A DNA stretch of 64,000 nt from positions 1,056,001-1,120,000 of the forward strand of contig OZ241456.1 in NCBI GenBank assembly GCA_965200875.1. The letters run 5' to 3'. Shown piece after piece: positions 18,258 through 28,933 of this stretch; positions within the stretch are counted from its first letter, which is position 1; every line of letters begins with the position of its first letter. The notes under the pieces were generated by a model that worked only from the letters and a program-made list of their open reading frames with translations, was not told the origin of the DNA and did not search any database. The DNA comes from Bdellovibrionales bacterium. GTDB taxonomy: Bacteria; Bdellovibrionota; Bdellovibrionia; Bdellovibrionales; UBA1609. Position numbers and translations under genes: made by a program.

Positions 18258-19400
18258 ATGAATAAAAATACTTTTTATCGTCTGAATAAAGCTTTTTTAT
18301 TAAGAGACCTTAAACAAAAAATGGTATTTCTGACAGGCCCACGGCAAGTGGGAAAAACATGGTTGGCTAAAAATTTAATGGGTCATTATAAAAAACCTGT
18401 TTATTTGAACTATGATTCTTTTAAAGATAGAAAAATTATTGATAATCAGTCCTGGCTGGAGTCCTCAGATATTATCATTTTTGATGAGATTCATAAAATG
18501 GATCAGTGGAAGAGCTATCTTAAAGGGGTGTTCGATACTCGTTCTCATTCTCAACATATTTTAGTAACAGGGAGTGCTAGGCTTCAGAATATTGCTCGAT
18601 CAGGAGATTCTCTTGCTGGTCGCTTTTTTTCTCATACCCTGTTGCCTTTTTCATTTTTTGAGTTAAGTCAAATAGGCCGATTTTCCTTCAGCCGTTTACT
18701 CAGCAGAGGGGGATTCCCAGAACCACTTTTAATTTCAAAATCAATGGATTCAGTAGAAAGATGGAGACAACAATATATTTTTTCTTTGTTAAGGGAGGAT
18801 ATTCCAGACTTTAAAAGTCTTCATAATTACAAAAAACTAAAGACTCTTTTACTTCTTATAAGAGAAAGCGTTGGTTCTCCCATTTCCATTAATTCTTTTT
18901 CTCACAGTTTAAAATTAAATCATAAAACAGTTTCAAAATATATTTCTATTTTAGAAGATCTATTTGTTGTTTTTCAAATACCTGCTTTTTCAAAAAATAT
19001 TTCCCGTTCTCTTTCTAAACCAAAAAAAATTTATTTTTATGATTTTGCATTTGTGGAAAATAAAGGTGGTCGATTGGAAAATATGATTGCTTTGCATTTA
19101 CTAAAGCATTGTCTTTATTTAAAAGAGAACAAACCTTCTAAAGCTTTGAATTTAACTTACATGAGAACAAAAGAGCAGAAGGAAGTGGACTTTCTGCTGG
19201 AAAAAAAAGGAGTTCCTCAACTTATGATTGAAGTAAAAACAAAGTCTTCCGGGTTTAGCAAAAACTTATCATTTTTTTATGACAGATACGGTATTAAGGG
19301 AAAACAACTTTGTCTCAATTTGAAACAGCCCCAGCAAATGAAAGGAAAAAAAGTGTTCCTCGAAGACATGGAAACATTTTTGTTGAATTTAAAAACTTGA
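18258..19400 (+). CDS. AAA_14 ATPase with DUF4143 domain
   Basis: GPRQVGKT, FDEIH, TGSA, GGFPE, KIYFYD, EVDF..IEVK. Confidence 0.88.
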   Translation: MNKNTFYRLNKAFLLRDLKQKMVFLTGPRQVGKTWLAKNLMGHYKKPVYLNYDSFKDRKIIDNQSWLESSDIIIFDEIHKMDQWKSYLKGVFDTRSHSQHILVTGSARLQNIARSGDSLAGRFFSHTLLPFSFFELSQIGRFSFSRLLSRGGFPEPLLISKSMDSVERWRQQYIFSLLREDIPDFKSLHNYKKLKTLLLLIRESVGSPISINSFSHSLKLNHKTVSKYISILEDLFVVFQIPAFSKNISRSLSKPKKIYFYDFAFVENKGGRLENMIALHLLKHCLYLKENKPSKALNLTYMRTKEQKEVDFLLEKKGVPQLMIEVKTKSSGFSKNLSFFYDRYGIKGKQLCLNLKQPQQMKGKKVFLEDMETFLLNLKT

Positions 19401-20204
19401 TAAGTATAAGCACCTTTCTGGAGAAAAAATGCTAAGCCCCCTCCGCGATAGAGGTTCATCCTCGGTTGCTTATGATTCTTATTAAAAAAAAGCAGTGGCC
19501 ACAATGACCACCGCTTAACAAAGCCATAAGATTATTTTTTTACCAAGGATTAAATATGAAAACTAGGCTTTGTATATTCTTATTCCTTCATTGATTGGCT
19601 GAGCAGGAAACAAAAAAAAATATTAGTATGATCCCTGACAATATTATTTCCATTTTTTAATCACCTCACTGGTTTTGATGCTATTACTTTTGACCTTATA
19701 TTTCCCTCCATTAAGTTTTTTTGTGTTCATATAGAATACATAAATATTTCTGGTGGATATAAAATCCAGTAAAGAATATTTATTTTTTTGTTTATTTTCT
19801 CAAAGTGAGACACTTACCTGTTTATTGTTTAAACAAGTGAATAAAATCTAAATAGTCGGGCGTGAAAAAGGTGTTAACGCACTGTTATTAACAGAAGACT
19901 TATTAAGATAAAGGGAATCATATTGAAGATGAGGAGGACGAAAATAATCGCAGAAGGGTGCTCGATATTTTTTTTTAGCTGAAAAGACTACATAAAAAGC
20001 TAGTTTTTGATAAAAAAAACAGAGGTTCTTGGAGTGGAAAGCTTTGTTATTTCAATAGGTTGGAGTGAAAAATGCTGAAAAATCCCAGAAAAAATGCTCA
20101 CCTGCCACAGAGATATACCCCATTTTTTTCAATATGATTCTCCTTTTTTTTATGTACAATTATGTTGTGAATATATAATCAATAACAACAAAAGGTGTAA
20201 TTTT

Positions 20205-20864
20205 ATGAAAACCATATTCCTTTTATTATTTTTAAGCTTTGGCTCTTTTGGTCATGGTAAAGAGAACACTGAAACTACATGTAATATTAATAATTATAAA
20301 GCTTATATAAATAAGCCGGGAGTTCATAAGTGTAATTTGAGCAGGGCAAATTTGTTCAAGGCGGATTTACGAGGGGCGAATTTGAGTGAAGCAAATTTGA
20401 GTTTTGCAGGTTTAAGCGATGCAAATTTATCTGAAGCGAATTTGACTGGAGCAAATTTGCACTTTGCAGATTTGTTTGAAGCAAGTTTGACTATGGCGAT
20501 TTTATTTGAAGCAGATTTGACAGAGACGGTTTTGTTTGGGGCGAATTTGACTGGGGCAGATTTGTATAAGGCGAATTTAACCGGGGCGAATTTGACTGGG
20601 GCAAATTTGACTGGAGCGGATTTGCGTTTCGCGAATTTGACAGAGGCAGGTTTGCGGGGAGTAAATTTGACTGGAGCGAATTTAACCGGGGCGAATTTGA
20701 CTGGAGCAGATTTGCGTTGGATATTTTTATTTGAAGTGGATTTGTACAAAGCAAACTTGACCGGGGCGGATTTGACCGGCACTAAAGTCACCAAAGAACA
20801 GGCGAAGTATTTAAAATCAAAAGGTTTAAGTGGGTTTATTGTGATAGATTCCGTTATTGATTGA
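20205..20864 (+). CDS. Exported pentapeptide-repeat protein (paralog 2)
   Basis: Signal peptide, CNINNY..HKCNL cap, ANLTG repeats, YLKSKGLSGF. Confidence 0.9.
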   Translation: MKTIFLLLFLSFGSFGHGKENTETTCNINNYKAYINKPGVHKCNLSRANLFKADLRGANLSEANLSFAGLSDANLSEANLTGANLHFADLFEASLTMAILFEADLTETVLFGANLTGADLYKANLTGANLTGANLTGADLRFANLTEAGLRGVNLTGANLTGANLTGADLRWIFLFEVDLYKANLTGADLTGTKVTKEQAKYLKSKGLSGFIVIDSVID

Positions 20865-21040
20865 CATACCAGGAAAATAAAAAAATTAGTATTAAGCTTT
20901 CGAATAAATACGAAGTAATAATAAATAAATACACTTTTTACTTGCATTTAAAAAGAATATGAATTTAATGTTAATAGAAACTAAAATGTGTTCTTGACCA
21001 CGGTTTTTATTATAGCTGTTTTTTATCAGGATATATCAAA

Positions 21041-23164
21041 ATGACAGACAATACAGAATCACTTCACTTTGTGGCACTAGAGGGATATACTGAAATCGCT
21101 GAAAAATTAATAGCGCATGGTGCCGACATCCATGCTAAAGACAAAGATGACAGAACAGCTTTGCATTTTGCAACAACAACCGGACATACTGAAACCGCTG
21201 AAAAGTTAATAGATCTTGGTGCTGATATTCATGCTAAAGACAAAGATGACAGAACAGCTTTGCATTTTGCAACAACAACCGGACATACTAAAACCGCTGA
21301 AAAGTTAATAGATCTTGGTGCTGATATTCATGCTAAAGACAAGAATGGCAAGACAGCTCTTCACTTTGCGACTCTAGAGGGACATACTGAAATCGCTAAA
21401 AAGTTAATAGATCTTGGTGCTGACATCCATGCTAAAGACAAGAGTGGCAAGACAGTTCTTCACTTTGCGACTCTGGAGGGATATACTGAAATCGCTGAAA
21501 AATTAATAGCGCATGGTGCTGATATTCATGCTAAAGACAAAGATGACAAAACAGTTCTTCACTTTGCGACACTAGCGGAACATACTGAAATCGCTAAAAA
21601 GTTAATAGAACTTGGTGCCGACATTCATGCTAAAGACAAAATTGGTATAACAGCTCTTCATCTTGTAGCATATAAGGGACATACTGAAATCGCTGAAAAA
21701 TTAATAGCGCATGGTGCTGATATTCATGCTAAAAACAAGAATGGTATAACAGCTCTTCACGCTATGGCAATATTCGGACATACTGAAACAGTTAAAAAGT
21801 TAATAGATCTTGGTGCCGACATCCATGCTAAAGACAAAAATGGTATGACAGCTCTTCATTTTTCATTATGTAAGGGACATACTGAAACACTTAAAAAATT
21901 AATGGAGCTAGGTGCTGATATTCATGCTAAAGACAAAGATGGTAGAACTGCCCTTCACCTTGCGGCTCTGGAGGGACATACTGAAACGGTCGAAAAGTTA
22001 ATAAAACATGGTGCTGATATTCATGCTAAAGACAACGAGAGAGGAACAGCCCTTCACCTTGCGATCCTAGAGGGACATACTGAAACTGCTGAAAAGTTAA
22101 TAGAACTTGGTGCCGACATTCATGCTAAAAACAAGAATGGCGGAACAGCCCTTCACCTTGCGATCCTAAAGGGACATACTAAAATATTTAAAAAGTTAAT
22201 GGAGCATGGTGCCGACATCCATGTTAAAGACAAGGATGGTAGAACATCTCTGCATGTTATGGCAATGTTCGGACAAACTAAAATCGCTGAAAAATTAATA
22301 AATCTTGGTGCTGATATTCATGCTAAAGACAAAGCTGGTATGACAGCTCTTCTTCTTGCAGCATATAAGGGACATACTGAAACACTTAAAAAGTTAATGA
22401 AGCTAGGTGCTGATATTCATGCTAAAGACAAGGATGGCAGAACAGCCCTTCATCTTGCGACATGGAAGAAACAAGCTAAAACAGTCGAAAAGTTAATAGA
22501 GCGTGGTGTTGATATTGATGCTCAAAACAAAGATGGTATAACAGCTCTTCACTTTGCGGCTCTGGAGGGACATACTGAAATCGCCAAAAAGTTAATAGAG
22601 CGTGGTGCTGACATCCACGCTAAAGAAAGGGTTAGCAGAACAGCCCTTCACCTTGCGATCCTAGAGGGACATACTGAAACTGCTGAAAAGTTAATAGAAC
22701 TTGGTGCTGACATTTATACTACAGACAAGTATGGTAATAGCACCCTTCACCTTTTTGCATGTAAGGGACATACTGAAACGGTCGAAAAGTTAATAGAGCG
22801 TGGTGTTGATATTGATGCTCAAAACAAAGATGGTATAACAGCTCTTCACTTTACAGCAATATTCGGACAGCCTGAAACTGCTGAAAAGTTAATAGCACTT
22901 GGTGCCGACATCCATGCTGAAAATGGTTCAATTCTTCATAATGCGGCATCGAACGGACAGACTGGAATCGTCAAGCAGTTAATAAGACATGGTGTTGATA
23001 TTGATGCTCAAAATAAGTACGGCAGAACAGCCTTTTACTATGCAGTAAAAAATGAACATACTGAAACCGCTGAAACACTTGCAGAGTTAGGTGCTGATGT
23101 CCACGCTGGTAATGGTTGGAAAGTTTTTAATTATTTAAAAAATTTGTTTAACCGACTATTATAG
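21041..23164 (+). CDS. Ankyrin-repeat protein (~20 repeats)
   Basis: Tandem 33-aa GADIHAKDKxGxTALH units. Confidence 0.97.
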   Translation: MTDNTESLHFVALEGYTEIAEKLIAHGADIHAKDKDDRTALHFATTTGHTETAEKLIDLGADIHAKDKDDRTALHFATTTGHTKTAEKLIDLGADIHAKDKNGKTALHFATLEGHTEIAKKLIDLGADIHAKDKSGKTVLHFATLEGYTEIAEKLIAHGADIHAKDKDDKTVLHFATLAEHTEIAKKLIELGADIHAKDKIGITALHLVAYKGHTEIAEKLIAHGADIHAKNKNGITALHAMAIFGHTETVKKLIDLGADIHAKDKNGMTALHFSLCKGHTETLKKLMELGADIHAKDKDGRTALHLAALEGHTETVEKLIKHGADIHAKDNERGTALHLAILEGHTETAEKLIELGADIHAKNKNGGTALHLAILKGHTKIFKKLMEHGADIHVKDKDGRTSLHVMAMFGQTKIAEKLINLGADIHAKDKAGMTALLLAAYKGHTETLKKLMKLGADIHAKDKDGRTALHLATWKKQAKTVEKLIERGVDIDAQNKDGITALHFAALEGHTEIAKKLIERGADIHAKERVSRTALHLAILEGHTETAEKLIELGADIYTTDKYGNSTLHLFACKGHTETVEKLIERGVDIDAQNKDGITALHFTAIFGQPETAEKLIALGADIHAENGSILHNAASNGQTGIVKQLIRHGVDIDAQNKYGRTAFYYAVKNEHTETAETLAELGADVHAGNGWKVFNYLKNLFNRLL

Positions 23165-23220
23165 TCCGCCGTGAGAAAGTATGTTATTTTTCTTGATTTC
23201 TTCCTGCAAGGGGTTAAAAG
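23162..23220 (+). repeat. Partial MITE/REP-like element beginning at the ankyrin stop codon
   Basis: TAGTCCGCCGTGAGAAAGTATGTTATTTT. Confidence 0.65.
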
Positions 23221-23230
23221 CTAATAATTG

Positions 23231-23578
23231 ATGAAAAAGAAAATCAGCCCTAGAAAGCAAAACAGGGTAAAAGGTCACAGATCTATTCCTATTCAATCAC
23301 TAGGTGAATTGTTTATATCGGCTGATAAAGAATATATAAAAAAAGAAAGGCAAAAATCCAAAGAGCTTAAAAAGACACGTTGGTGGAAAAACAAGTTGAA
23401 TGAAGGAAAATGTTATTACTGTGGAAAAACTTTCAACAAAGAAGATTTGAGTATGGATCATCTTGTTCCATTGGCGCGACAGGGGCGAACGACAAAAAAT
23501 AATGTGGTAGTGGCTTGTAAAAATTGCAATTTTGAAAAAAAACATAAGACTTTAGTTGAGATTCGGCTAAATAAGTAG
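23231..23578 (+). CDS. HNH endonuclease
   Basis: CYYCG..MDHLVP..G..N.V..CKNCN. Confidence 0.9.
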   Translation: MKKKISPRKQNRVKGHRSIPIQSLGELFISADKEYIKKERQKSKELKKTRWWKNKLNEGKCYYCGKTFNKEDLSMDHLVPLARQGRTTKNNVVVACKNCNFEKKHKTLVEIRLNK

Positions 23579-23712
23579 TTGCCTCTGAAAAAGGTTTTTG
23601 CAATAAAGCAAACATAACTTACTTTGCTTTAAAACAGGTGTTGATTCCTGTAAATAAATAGTGGTCTGTGAAAAAGTATGTTATAGGGAATAACTTACCA
23701 AAAGGATTCATC

Positions 23713-25446
23713 GTGTCTAATATTACAACAAGTTCTACAGCTGAATATTTTGCAAAAAATCTCCAGCAGGTGGGTTTTTCTTCTCCCGTCAAGGCTGTAC
23801 TGACCACTTTAAAAGAAGCTATGGATAATTCACTGGATGCCTGTGAAGAGGCCCATATTCTTCCTGAAATTACAGTGGAGATAAAAAGGAATGGAAAATC
23901 ATCCAGCAAAAATACGGAGCTGGTGGAAATCAGTGTAGAAGATAATGGCCCTGGTTTAAAGCCGGATGATCTGCCTAAAGTGTTTGGTGAGTATCTGGCT
24001 TCTTCTAAGTTTGGCAAGGGACGTTGTTCACGAGGGCAACAGGGAATTGGTATTTCTGCAGCCACAACTTGGGCACAGCTTACCAATGCTTCTGGTGTGG
24101 AAGTTATCAGTAAAACAAAAAATATGCAAAAAGCCATTAGTGTTGTTATTGATGTGAATATTAAGAAAAACAAAGGTGTTATAAAAAAGAAAGAAACTTT
24201 TAAATGGAATAAATCCAATGGATTGAAGGCAGTGTTTCGTATTGACGGTCGTGTGCAATTAAATGGTGATGGAGGATTGATTACTTATCTGGAAGGTACA
24301 GCCCTAGTGAATCCGCATCTTACTTTGCACTATAAACTCATTGACAGAGAATGGAGGCATATCGAAAAAGTAACGAACAATGTTCCAGCCATTCCTCCAG
24401 CCACTTTACCTCATCCACATACAATGAAATTGGGAGAATTTATTTCTCACGCTCATTTATTCAATCAAGCAAATTTAAAGTCTTTTTTGAGGAAAAGTTT
24501 TTCGAAGATAGGCAGAAAGACATTGGATGACTTTCAAAAGAATGGTCTTTCCTCCACTCTATTGAATAAAAGACTGCAATATTTTAAAGAAGATGAGTAT
24601 AAAAAAGTTTTTCAGGTTATTCAAAAAACAGAGATGTCCAACCCCACCACCCGTTCCGTTTTAACAGTAGGGGAGGAGGCTTTGTCTCACTCCATTTTGC
24701 GAATTGGAGAGGTGGATTTTTTCAGTGTTGTCACAAGGAAACCGCGGATTTGCGATCATAAACCTGTAGTGGTGGAAACAGCGATTGCCAGATTGTTGGA
24801 AAAAGCAACAGACAGTGAAAACACGACAGTGCGATTAATGAGATTTGCCAACAGGGTTCCTCTTCAGTTTGACAAATCGGCCTGTGCTATTACCAAAGCG
24901 GTGGAATCAGTAAACTGGAAAGCCTACGGTCTGGCTCAGCAAAAAAACAGCTTGCCCTTGGGACCTTATGTATTCGCAGTTTCCGTCACTTCACCTTTCA
25001 TTAAATTTAAAAATGCTTCCAAAGAGACTATTGATGCCAGTGAAGAATTGGTGGAGGAGATTAGAAGAACACTTATGCAGACCGGACAGAAGTTGGCTCG
25101 TCACATCAGGAGAGAAAAAAAAGCTCATGATTTGGAAAGAAAAACCCAGTACATTAAACAATTTGTTCCTATTTTGGTGAAAAAACTGAGTGATATTACA
25201 AAAGCCAGCAACAAGAGGCAAGAGAAAGCGACAAAGGGAATTATGAAACTTTTGGGTCAGGATACTAAACAGGCGGAAGAAGCTTTAAAGACGGCGGAAA
25301 CCAAACTGAAAGATTTAAAAAACTCTTCCAGAAAACTTTCTGTTGATGAATTTGAAAATAATAATCATGGCGTTGGTGGAACTACAAAGAAAAGAACCAA
25401 ACAAAAAATAAAACCTTTAAAGAATAAAAAGCACAAACAGCCGTAA
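23713..25446 (+). CDS. top6B: DNA topoisomerase VI subunit B
   Basis: AEYFAKN, EAMDNSLDA, EDNGPG, SRGQQGIGIS, RFANRVPL; GTG start after AAAGGA. Confidence 0.95.
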   Translation: MSNITTSSTAEYFAKNLQQVGFSSPVKAVLTTLKEAMDNSLDACEEAHILPEITVEIKRNGKSSSKNTELVEISVEDNGPGLKPDDLPKVFGEYLASSKFGKGRCSRGQQGIGISAATTWAQLTNASGVEVISKTKNMQKAISVVIDVNIKKNKGVIKKKETFKWNKSNGLKAVFRIDGRVQLNGDGGLITYLEGTALVNPHLTLHYKLIDREWRHIEKVTNNVPAIPPATLPHPHTMKLGEFISHAHLFNQANLKSFLRKSFSKIGRKTLDDFQKNGLSSTLLNKRLQYFKEDEYKKVFQVIQKTEMSNPTTRSVLTVGEEALSHSILRIGEVDFFSVVTRKPRICDHKPVVVETAIARLLEKATDSENTTVRLMRFANRVPLQFDKSACAITKAVESVNWKAYGLAQQKNSLPLGPYVFAVSVTSPFIKFKNASKETIDASEELVEEIRRTLMQTGQKLARHIRREKKAHDLERKTQYIKQFVPILVKKLSDITKASNKRQEKATKGIMKLLGQDTKQAEEALKTAETKLKDLKNSSRKLSVDEFENNNHGVGGTTKKRTKQKIKPLKNKKHKQP

Positions 25447-25524
25447 AATTTATTCAATAGGATGATGGTATAGGCGGATACTCTTACTTCCAAATAATAA
25501 ACTTAAAGAAACAAAAGAGGAAAT

Positions 25525-26697
25525 ATGGCAAAAAAACAAAATATGATTCGTATCAGAAAATTGAATAAAAATATTCCAAAGATGGCTTTTCAAATGTGCG
25601 ATAGTATGTTGAAAGATCTGGAAAAAGCGAAGCGACCTGTGCTTTCGGCTATTAAATGTTCTTTGGATAACAGTGAATATGATTCTAAAAAAGGTTACTT
25701 GATTCCTAAAGGGAAGGTCGTGCAATCAGAATTAAATGTTTCCTCCGTGCAAAAAATATCCCGGGCAGTCTTTTTACTGGAAATTTTGCTAAACAATCTT
25801 AAAGGGGGGTTGGTTAATACCAAGAGGGAATTGTATTATATTTGCAAAGGTTTGATTAAGTCCGACACCTTGTACAAGCCTTTGGATTTTGACAGTCAGA
25901 ACGAAAGCGATTCCACTATTGATTTTATAACGGATATGCTGGAAGTATATCGAGAGGAAATGAATTGTTTTGCAAACGACCGTGGAGGGCAAACCTATTC
26001 CAAGAATCTGGTGGTGACGGAAACCCTGCAAGACAATACGAAGGCAGTAGTGGATTTAAGTACTTTGGGAACTACACCTTTCCAACCTAAAAACAAACCC
26101 CAACAGTTTCAACTTAAAAAGAAAGGCAGATTGGATTTTTGTCTTGTAGTGGAATCTGAAGGCACAGCCAATACTTTAGTGGCCAATGGAATGACAAAAA
26201 GGCATAATTGTATTGTTGTGGGTGCACAAGGAGTGCCGAGCAATGCTGTTCGGGGTTGGTGCAAGACAATTCAAAATCAATTAAAAATCCCCATATTTTT
26301 TTATGGAGATTTAGATGCCTATACTCTACAAAATATCTATCGCACTTTAAAGGCAGGTTCTGCCGCCAGTTTAATTAGAAACGCGGATTTTAGTGCACCA
26401 GAAGTGCATTTTCTGGGTTTGCTTCCTGAAGATGTGCAAAAGTATGATTTGCATTGTTACGAAGTTTCCACCAAGGACGCCAGCGAAATGCGATCCATAA
26501 AAAAAGCCAAGGATGTTTTAAAAAATGATCCTTTTTTTCAGGACAAAAAAAACAAAAAGCTATCTCGGATTTTAAAATGGCTTATCAAGGAGAAAAAAAG
26601 ATGTGAACAACAATCTGTGTTTTCCATAGACCCTAAAAATCCAAAAGTGCTGGAGGAATTTATTATCAATAAGATCAAAACCAACTCTTATTGTTAA
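25525..26697 (+). CDS. top6A: DNA topoisomerase VI subunit A (Spo11-like)
   Basis: TKRELYY catalytic Tyr, LVVE TOPRIM, QGVP, DLD. Confidence 0.93.
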   Translation: MAKKQNMIRIRKLNKNIPKMAFQMCDSMLKDLEKAKRPVLSAIKCSLDNSEYDSKKGYLIPKGKVVQSELNVSSVQKISRAVFLLEILLNNLKGGLVNTKRELYYICKGLIKSDTLYKPLDFDSQNESDSTIDFITDMLEVYREEMNCFANDRGGQTYSKNLVVTETLQDNTKAVVDLSTLGTTPFQPKNKPQQFQLKKKGRLDFCLVVESEGTANTLVANGMTKRHNCIVVGAQGVPSNAVRGWCKTIQNQLKIPIFFYGDLDAYTLQNIYRTLKAGSAASLIRNADFSAPEVHFLGLLPEDVQKYDLHCYEVSTKDASEMRSIKKAKDVLKNDPFFQDKKNKKLSRILKWLIKEKKRCEQQSVFSIDPKNPKVLEEFIINKIKTNSYC

Positions 26698-26730
26698 ACC
26701 TTGGGTTGTTAATCAGTAAAAGAAAATGGC

Positions 26731-27255
26731 TCAGTTTTCAACCACAATAAAACCACTTATACCTTGTGATTCTAAATAATTTGCTTGTGCTTTGGTAACT
26801 TTTGCATCGGTGAAAATCGTCCTGACTAAAATTGCATTGGTCAAATGTGCTTCGCGTAAATCTGCCTCAGTCAAATTCGCATCGGTCAAATCCGCATAGT
26901 TCAAATACGCTCTGGTTAGATCTGCCATGTACAAATTCGCTCCAGTCAAATTCACTTGGTTCAAATTCGCCCCGAACAAATTCGCCTCTTGCATATCCGC
27001 AAAGCTTAAATTCGCCCTATACAAATACGCCACGCGCAAATTCACCTTATACAAATACGCTCCTTGCATATCCTTATGACTCAAATTTGCATTACTTAAA
27101 TTGCAAGTATAAACTGCCGCCTTACCTCTAGTCTTAGGCTGATAACGATAATCTTTTAAATAGTCTTTATTAATATTACACGGAGAACCTGCATTTGCTT
27201 TGCTATGAACAAAAGAAATTGAACTCAAAAATAATAAAACAAATATGATTTTCAT
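26731..27255 (-). CDS. Exported pentapeptide-repeat protein (paralog 3)
   Basis: Signal peptide, CNIN..CNLS cap, YLESQGISGF. Confidence 0.9.
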   Translation of the reverse strand: MKIIFVLLFLSSISFVHSKANAGSPCNINKDYLKDYRYQPKTRGKAAVYTCNLSNANLSHKDMQGAYLYKVNLRVAYLYRANLSFADMQEANLFGANLNQVNLTGANLYMADLTRAYLNYADLTDANLTEADLREAHLTNAILVRTIFTDAKVTKAQANYLESQGISGFIVVEN

Positions 27256-27544
27256 AAATTATTCCTTTCCTTCAAAAATTAGCCCTGTATAAGCAATCAG
27301 AAAAAGGCCATCTGGCCACAAATTCTTCATTTTTTCCATATCTATACTATATATCATACGCCATTATATAAAATCAATTATGCAAACCTTTTCTCCTGAT
27401 TTCCGCATTATACGCTGTATTAAATCAATGATTTTAAGAGTTTACAAAATTCAATGGCACTGTACTTTAGTTTAAGAAAAAATATAACTTCAAAGTAAAA
27501 TCCCAGATTTTAATTTTGCACCGAAAAAACCGAAAAATATAAGT

Positions 27545-27976
27545 ATGAAACAAATATTTATTTTATTGATTTTCTTTTGTTCGTTGATTTCTTGTATCCA
27601 TGATAGAAATACTTTCCGCTGTGTGGAGTATGTAAGAAACTATGACGGAGATACTGTCACATTCAATATTCCTTCTGTTCATCCTCTTTTTGGAGAGCAA
27701 ATAAGTATCAGGATTTTGAATGTGGACACCGCAGAAATACAAACCAAAAATGAATGTGAGAAAATAAAAGCCATTCAGGCAAAACAAGTGGTGGAGCGAC
27801 TGTTAAAACAAGCCCAAAGAATTGATTTACATAATATCCAAAGAGGCAAGTACTTCAGAATTGTGGCGGATATAAAGGCAGACGGTGTTTCAATAGGGGA
27901 ATTTTTGATTAAAAACAATCTTGCTTATTACTATTCTGGCGGAAAAAAGCAACAGAGGGACTGGTGTTCAAAATGA
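27545..27976 (+). CDS. Thermonuclease (SNase) family lipoprotein
   Basis: Lipobox LISC; DGDT, IRILNVDTAE, GKYFRIVA. Confidence 0.88.
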   Translation: MKQIFILLIFFCSLISCIHDRNTFRCVEYVRNYDGDTVTFNIPSVHPLFGEQISIRILNVDTAEIQTKNECEKIKAIQAKQVVERLLKQAQRIDLHNIQRGKYFRIVADIKADGVSIGEFLIKNNLAYYYSGGKKQQRDWCSK

Positions 27977-27987
27977 TGGAGGGGAAC

Positions 27988-28863
27988 ATGATTTTTTCTA
28001 CTATTGATATCAATAAAAAAAGAAGAAAATTCAGAGCAGATTTAAGAAGTGGTAAAATTCTTCGATTTATAGGTTCTTTTTCTCCACTTATTTCTCTTTT
28101 GATAGAGAAAAAGGGATTTGAAGGTATTTATGTTTCTGGAGCTGTTATTTCCAGTGACCTAGCCCTGCCGGATGTGGAATTAGTGACTTTATCTGAGCTG
28201 GAAGAGCATGGTTCCGCGCTTATACAAAATGTTTCCATCCCAGGTTTAGCAGATGCGGACACAGGCTTTGGAGGAGTTTTAAATATAGCCAGAACTGTTC
28301 AAAAATTGGAGCAAGCCGGATTTTGCGGTTTACATATAGAAGATCAAAAAAGCCCTAAAAAATGTGGCCATTTGAATAACAAAAAACTGATTGATATTAA
28401 AGAGATGCAAAAAAAACTTGAATCTGCTCTTAAAGCTAGGACAAACAGTGATTTTTTGATTTCCGCTCGTACAGATGGGCGGGGAGTGGAGGGATTGGAC
28501 AAAGCCATTGAAAGAGCTAAAGCTTATGTATCTGCGGGAGCAGATGCCATTTTTCCCGAAGCTTTGCAAACAAAAGAAGAGTTTAAAAAATTCAGGCAAG
28601 AAGTGAATGTCCCTTTGATAGCCAATATGACAGAATTTGGAAAATCGGATTTGTTGTCTACTAAAGAATTGGAACAAATAGGTTATAATATAGTGCTTTA
28701 CCCTGTCACTTTATGGAGACTGGCTCTTAAAGCTGTGGAAACTGGGTTGATACATATATCGAATAAAACACATCAAAAGGATTTATTGAGTAAAATGCTC
28801 ACACGCAAAGAGCTTTATGAGTTGATTCAATATGATGAATATTCAAAGTGGGATAAAAAATAA
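27988..28863 (+). CDS. prpB: Methylisocitrate lyase
   Basis: DADTGFG, HIEDQ, KKCGH, ARTD, ANMTEFGK; adjacent to prpC. Confidence 0.93.
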   Translation: MIFSTIDINKKRRKFRADLRSGKILRFIGSFSPLISLLIEKKGFEGIYVSGAVISSDLALPDVELVTLSELEEHGSALIQNVSIPGLADADTGFGGVLNIARTVQKLEQAGFCGLHIEDQKSPKKCGHLNNKKLIDIKEMQKKLESALKARTNSDFLISARTDGRGVEGLDKAIERAKAYVSAGADAIFPEALQTKEEFKKFRQEVNVPLIANMTEFGKSDLLSTKELEQIGYNIVLYPVTLWRLALKAVETGLIHISNKTHQKDLLSKMLTRKELYELIQYDEYSKWDKK

Positions 28864-28933
28864 CTTGACCTGAAATGCTAATTTGCAACAATAAAACTCA
28901 ATTCCTGCGAAAGGATACAGGAGACTTGAGTTT

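Noticed and set aside
19520..19730. Small minus-strand ORFs including a lipobox-like peptide
   Set aside because: Under 30 aa with early stops; at most decayed remnants
20324..20947. 207-aa minus-strand ORF with APVKF repeats
   Set aside because: Antisense shadow of the pentapeptide repeats
21041..23164. Diversity-generating retroelement acting on ankyrin or pentapeptide genes
   Set aside because: No reverse transcriptase and no template/variable repeat pair with adenine-specific differences
23231..23578. HNH gene as mobiliser of the repeat family
   Set aside because: The flanking element ends are all in the same orientation, and the protein looks like an ordinary small standalone HNH
23619..24218. 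199-aa minus-strand ORF
   Set aside because: Antisense to top6B with no recognisable motifs
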